A stretch of 47,947 nt of DNA from a bacterium (GTDB taxonomy: Bacteria; Bdellovibrionota_C; UBA2361; CALJRW01): positions 1 to 47,947 of the forward strand of contig JANNBC010000033.1 in assembly GCA_031385045.1 (NCBI GenBank), read 5' to 3'. A model generated the notes under the pieces. It was not told the DNA's origin and made no database searches. It saw only the letters and a list, made by a program, of their open reading frames with translations. This document shows positions 47,107-47,947 of the stretch, in pieces (positions within the stretch are counted from its first letter, which is position 1; each line of letters begins with the position of its first letter). The translations under genes and the position numbers were made by a program.

Positions 47107-47648
47107 AAAGTCTGATCCTTTTATTTTTAATTTGTGTAGGTTGCTCGCATCCTCTAGTTTTAAATCCAGTGAGACTCAAGGAGTCAAAGAGGCTAAATTT
47201 ACAAGGACTACTTGCCCTGCGGAGTAAGAATTTAAAAGAAGCACAAGCTAATTTTCAGCTTGCTTATCAACTTGCCCCCAACCCAGAATCATTAGACGGT
47301 TTAGGGATCTGTGCACTTTCACAGCAAAATTATCCTGAAGCCCAGAGACTTTTTATTAAGTCTTATCAAACATCTCAAAATTACTATAACTCTTTGATAA
47401 ATCTAGCATTTTTATATGAGAAGGCAGGCCAACTAGATTTAGCAGATAGGCTCTATCGAAGTTTAATTGATAAATATCCCGAAAATTTTAAGTTACAAAA
47501 CAACTTTTCTGCCTTTCAGTTCGATTATTATAGGCCATCAGAAGTAAGTGATCTGGAGTTTCGCCTCTTACAGGCAAAAAGCTTAAATCCCGATCCTCTG
47601 ATAATAAGAAATTTAACTATGATTAAAGGTTATCGTGAACGAAACTAA
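47103..47648 (+). CDS. TPR-repeat lipoprotein in the T3SS locus (pilotin-like?)
   Basis: Lipobox VGC; about 3 TPR-like helix pairs; 4-nt overlap with sctV. Confidence 0.78.
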   Translation: MKSLILLFLICVGCSHPLVLNPVRLKESKRLNLQGLLALRSKNLKEAQANFQLAYQLAPNPESLDGLGICALSQQNYPEAQRLFIKSYQTSQNYYNSLINLAFLYEKAGQLDLADRLYRSLIDKYPENFKLQNNFSAFQFDYYRPSEVSDLEFRLLQAKSLNPDPLIIRNLTMIKGYRERN

Positions 47649-47947
47649 AAAGAAGCTTAGCCTGCAAGTGATTACTGGTAATAAAATTAAGGCACCTAAC
47701 CTTGAGGCTCAGTTACTCAATCTAAAACCAAAAAATTTGACCAATAAAACGCCAGATTTAGGTGTTTGGTATGAGGAAACTCAAGTAATAAAAATGATGC
47801 TAGCTCAAAATTCTCCAGGACTTTCCAGCTTTATTACTGAGGCCGTAATCAATAAAATGAATCTGGAAGATGCTGATCGCCAAGCCGTAGCTGATTTTAT
47901 TAAATTCTATTTAGAAAGCGATCCGACAATTTTAGATAAAATTTAAC
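47635..47947 (+). CDS. Hypothetical protein of the T3SS operon (runs off the window end)
   Basis: GTG start overlapping the TPR gene; open to the end of the window. Confidence 0.6.

Overview
AT-rich bacterial chromosomal window, mostly envelope, secreted and orphan genes. The Gram-negative assignment rests on the lipoproteins, alpha-2-macroglobulin/PBP1C, a type IV pilin and a T3SS. No rRNA, tRNA or CRISPR array is visible. Left to right: the 3' end of a probable IS4 transposase; YqjF; a 607-aa membrane-anchored GH24 lysozyme fusion; a membrane spermidine-synthase-like protein; a 2100-aa adhesin with exactly 33 x 99-bp Cys/Asp-rich repeats; an orphan LivJ-type binding protein; a VOC protein; a Cache sensor without an output domain; a zeta/cadmium carbonic-anhydrase-like protein; RlpA; an N-truncated Ser/Thr kinase; a three-lipoprotein operon; hydrolase, protease and amine oxidase genes; udk; yfhM-pbpC-rsmG; three glycosyltransferases with a MITE-like element, next to a pilin; a second binding protein; an M12 metalloprotease. 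The window ends in a non-flagellar type III secretion locus headed by a FliA/WhiG-like sigma factor (sigma-sctJ-sctF-like needle-sctV-TPR lipoprotein). The best candidate for a new system is this sigma-28-led, needle-bearing T3SS together with a dispersed set of sigma-28-like promoters, including one in front of the lysozyme fusion. All calls come from reading motifs by eye; no searches were run.
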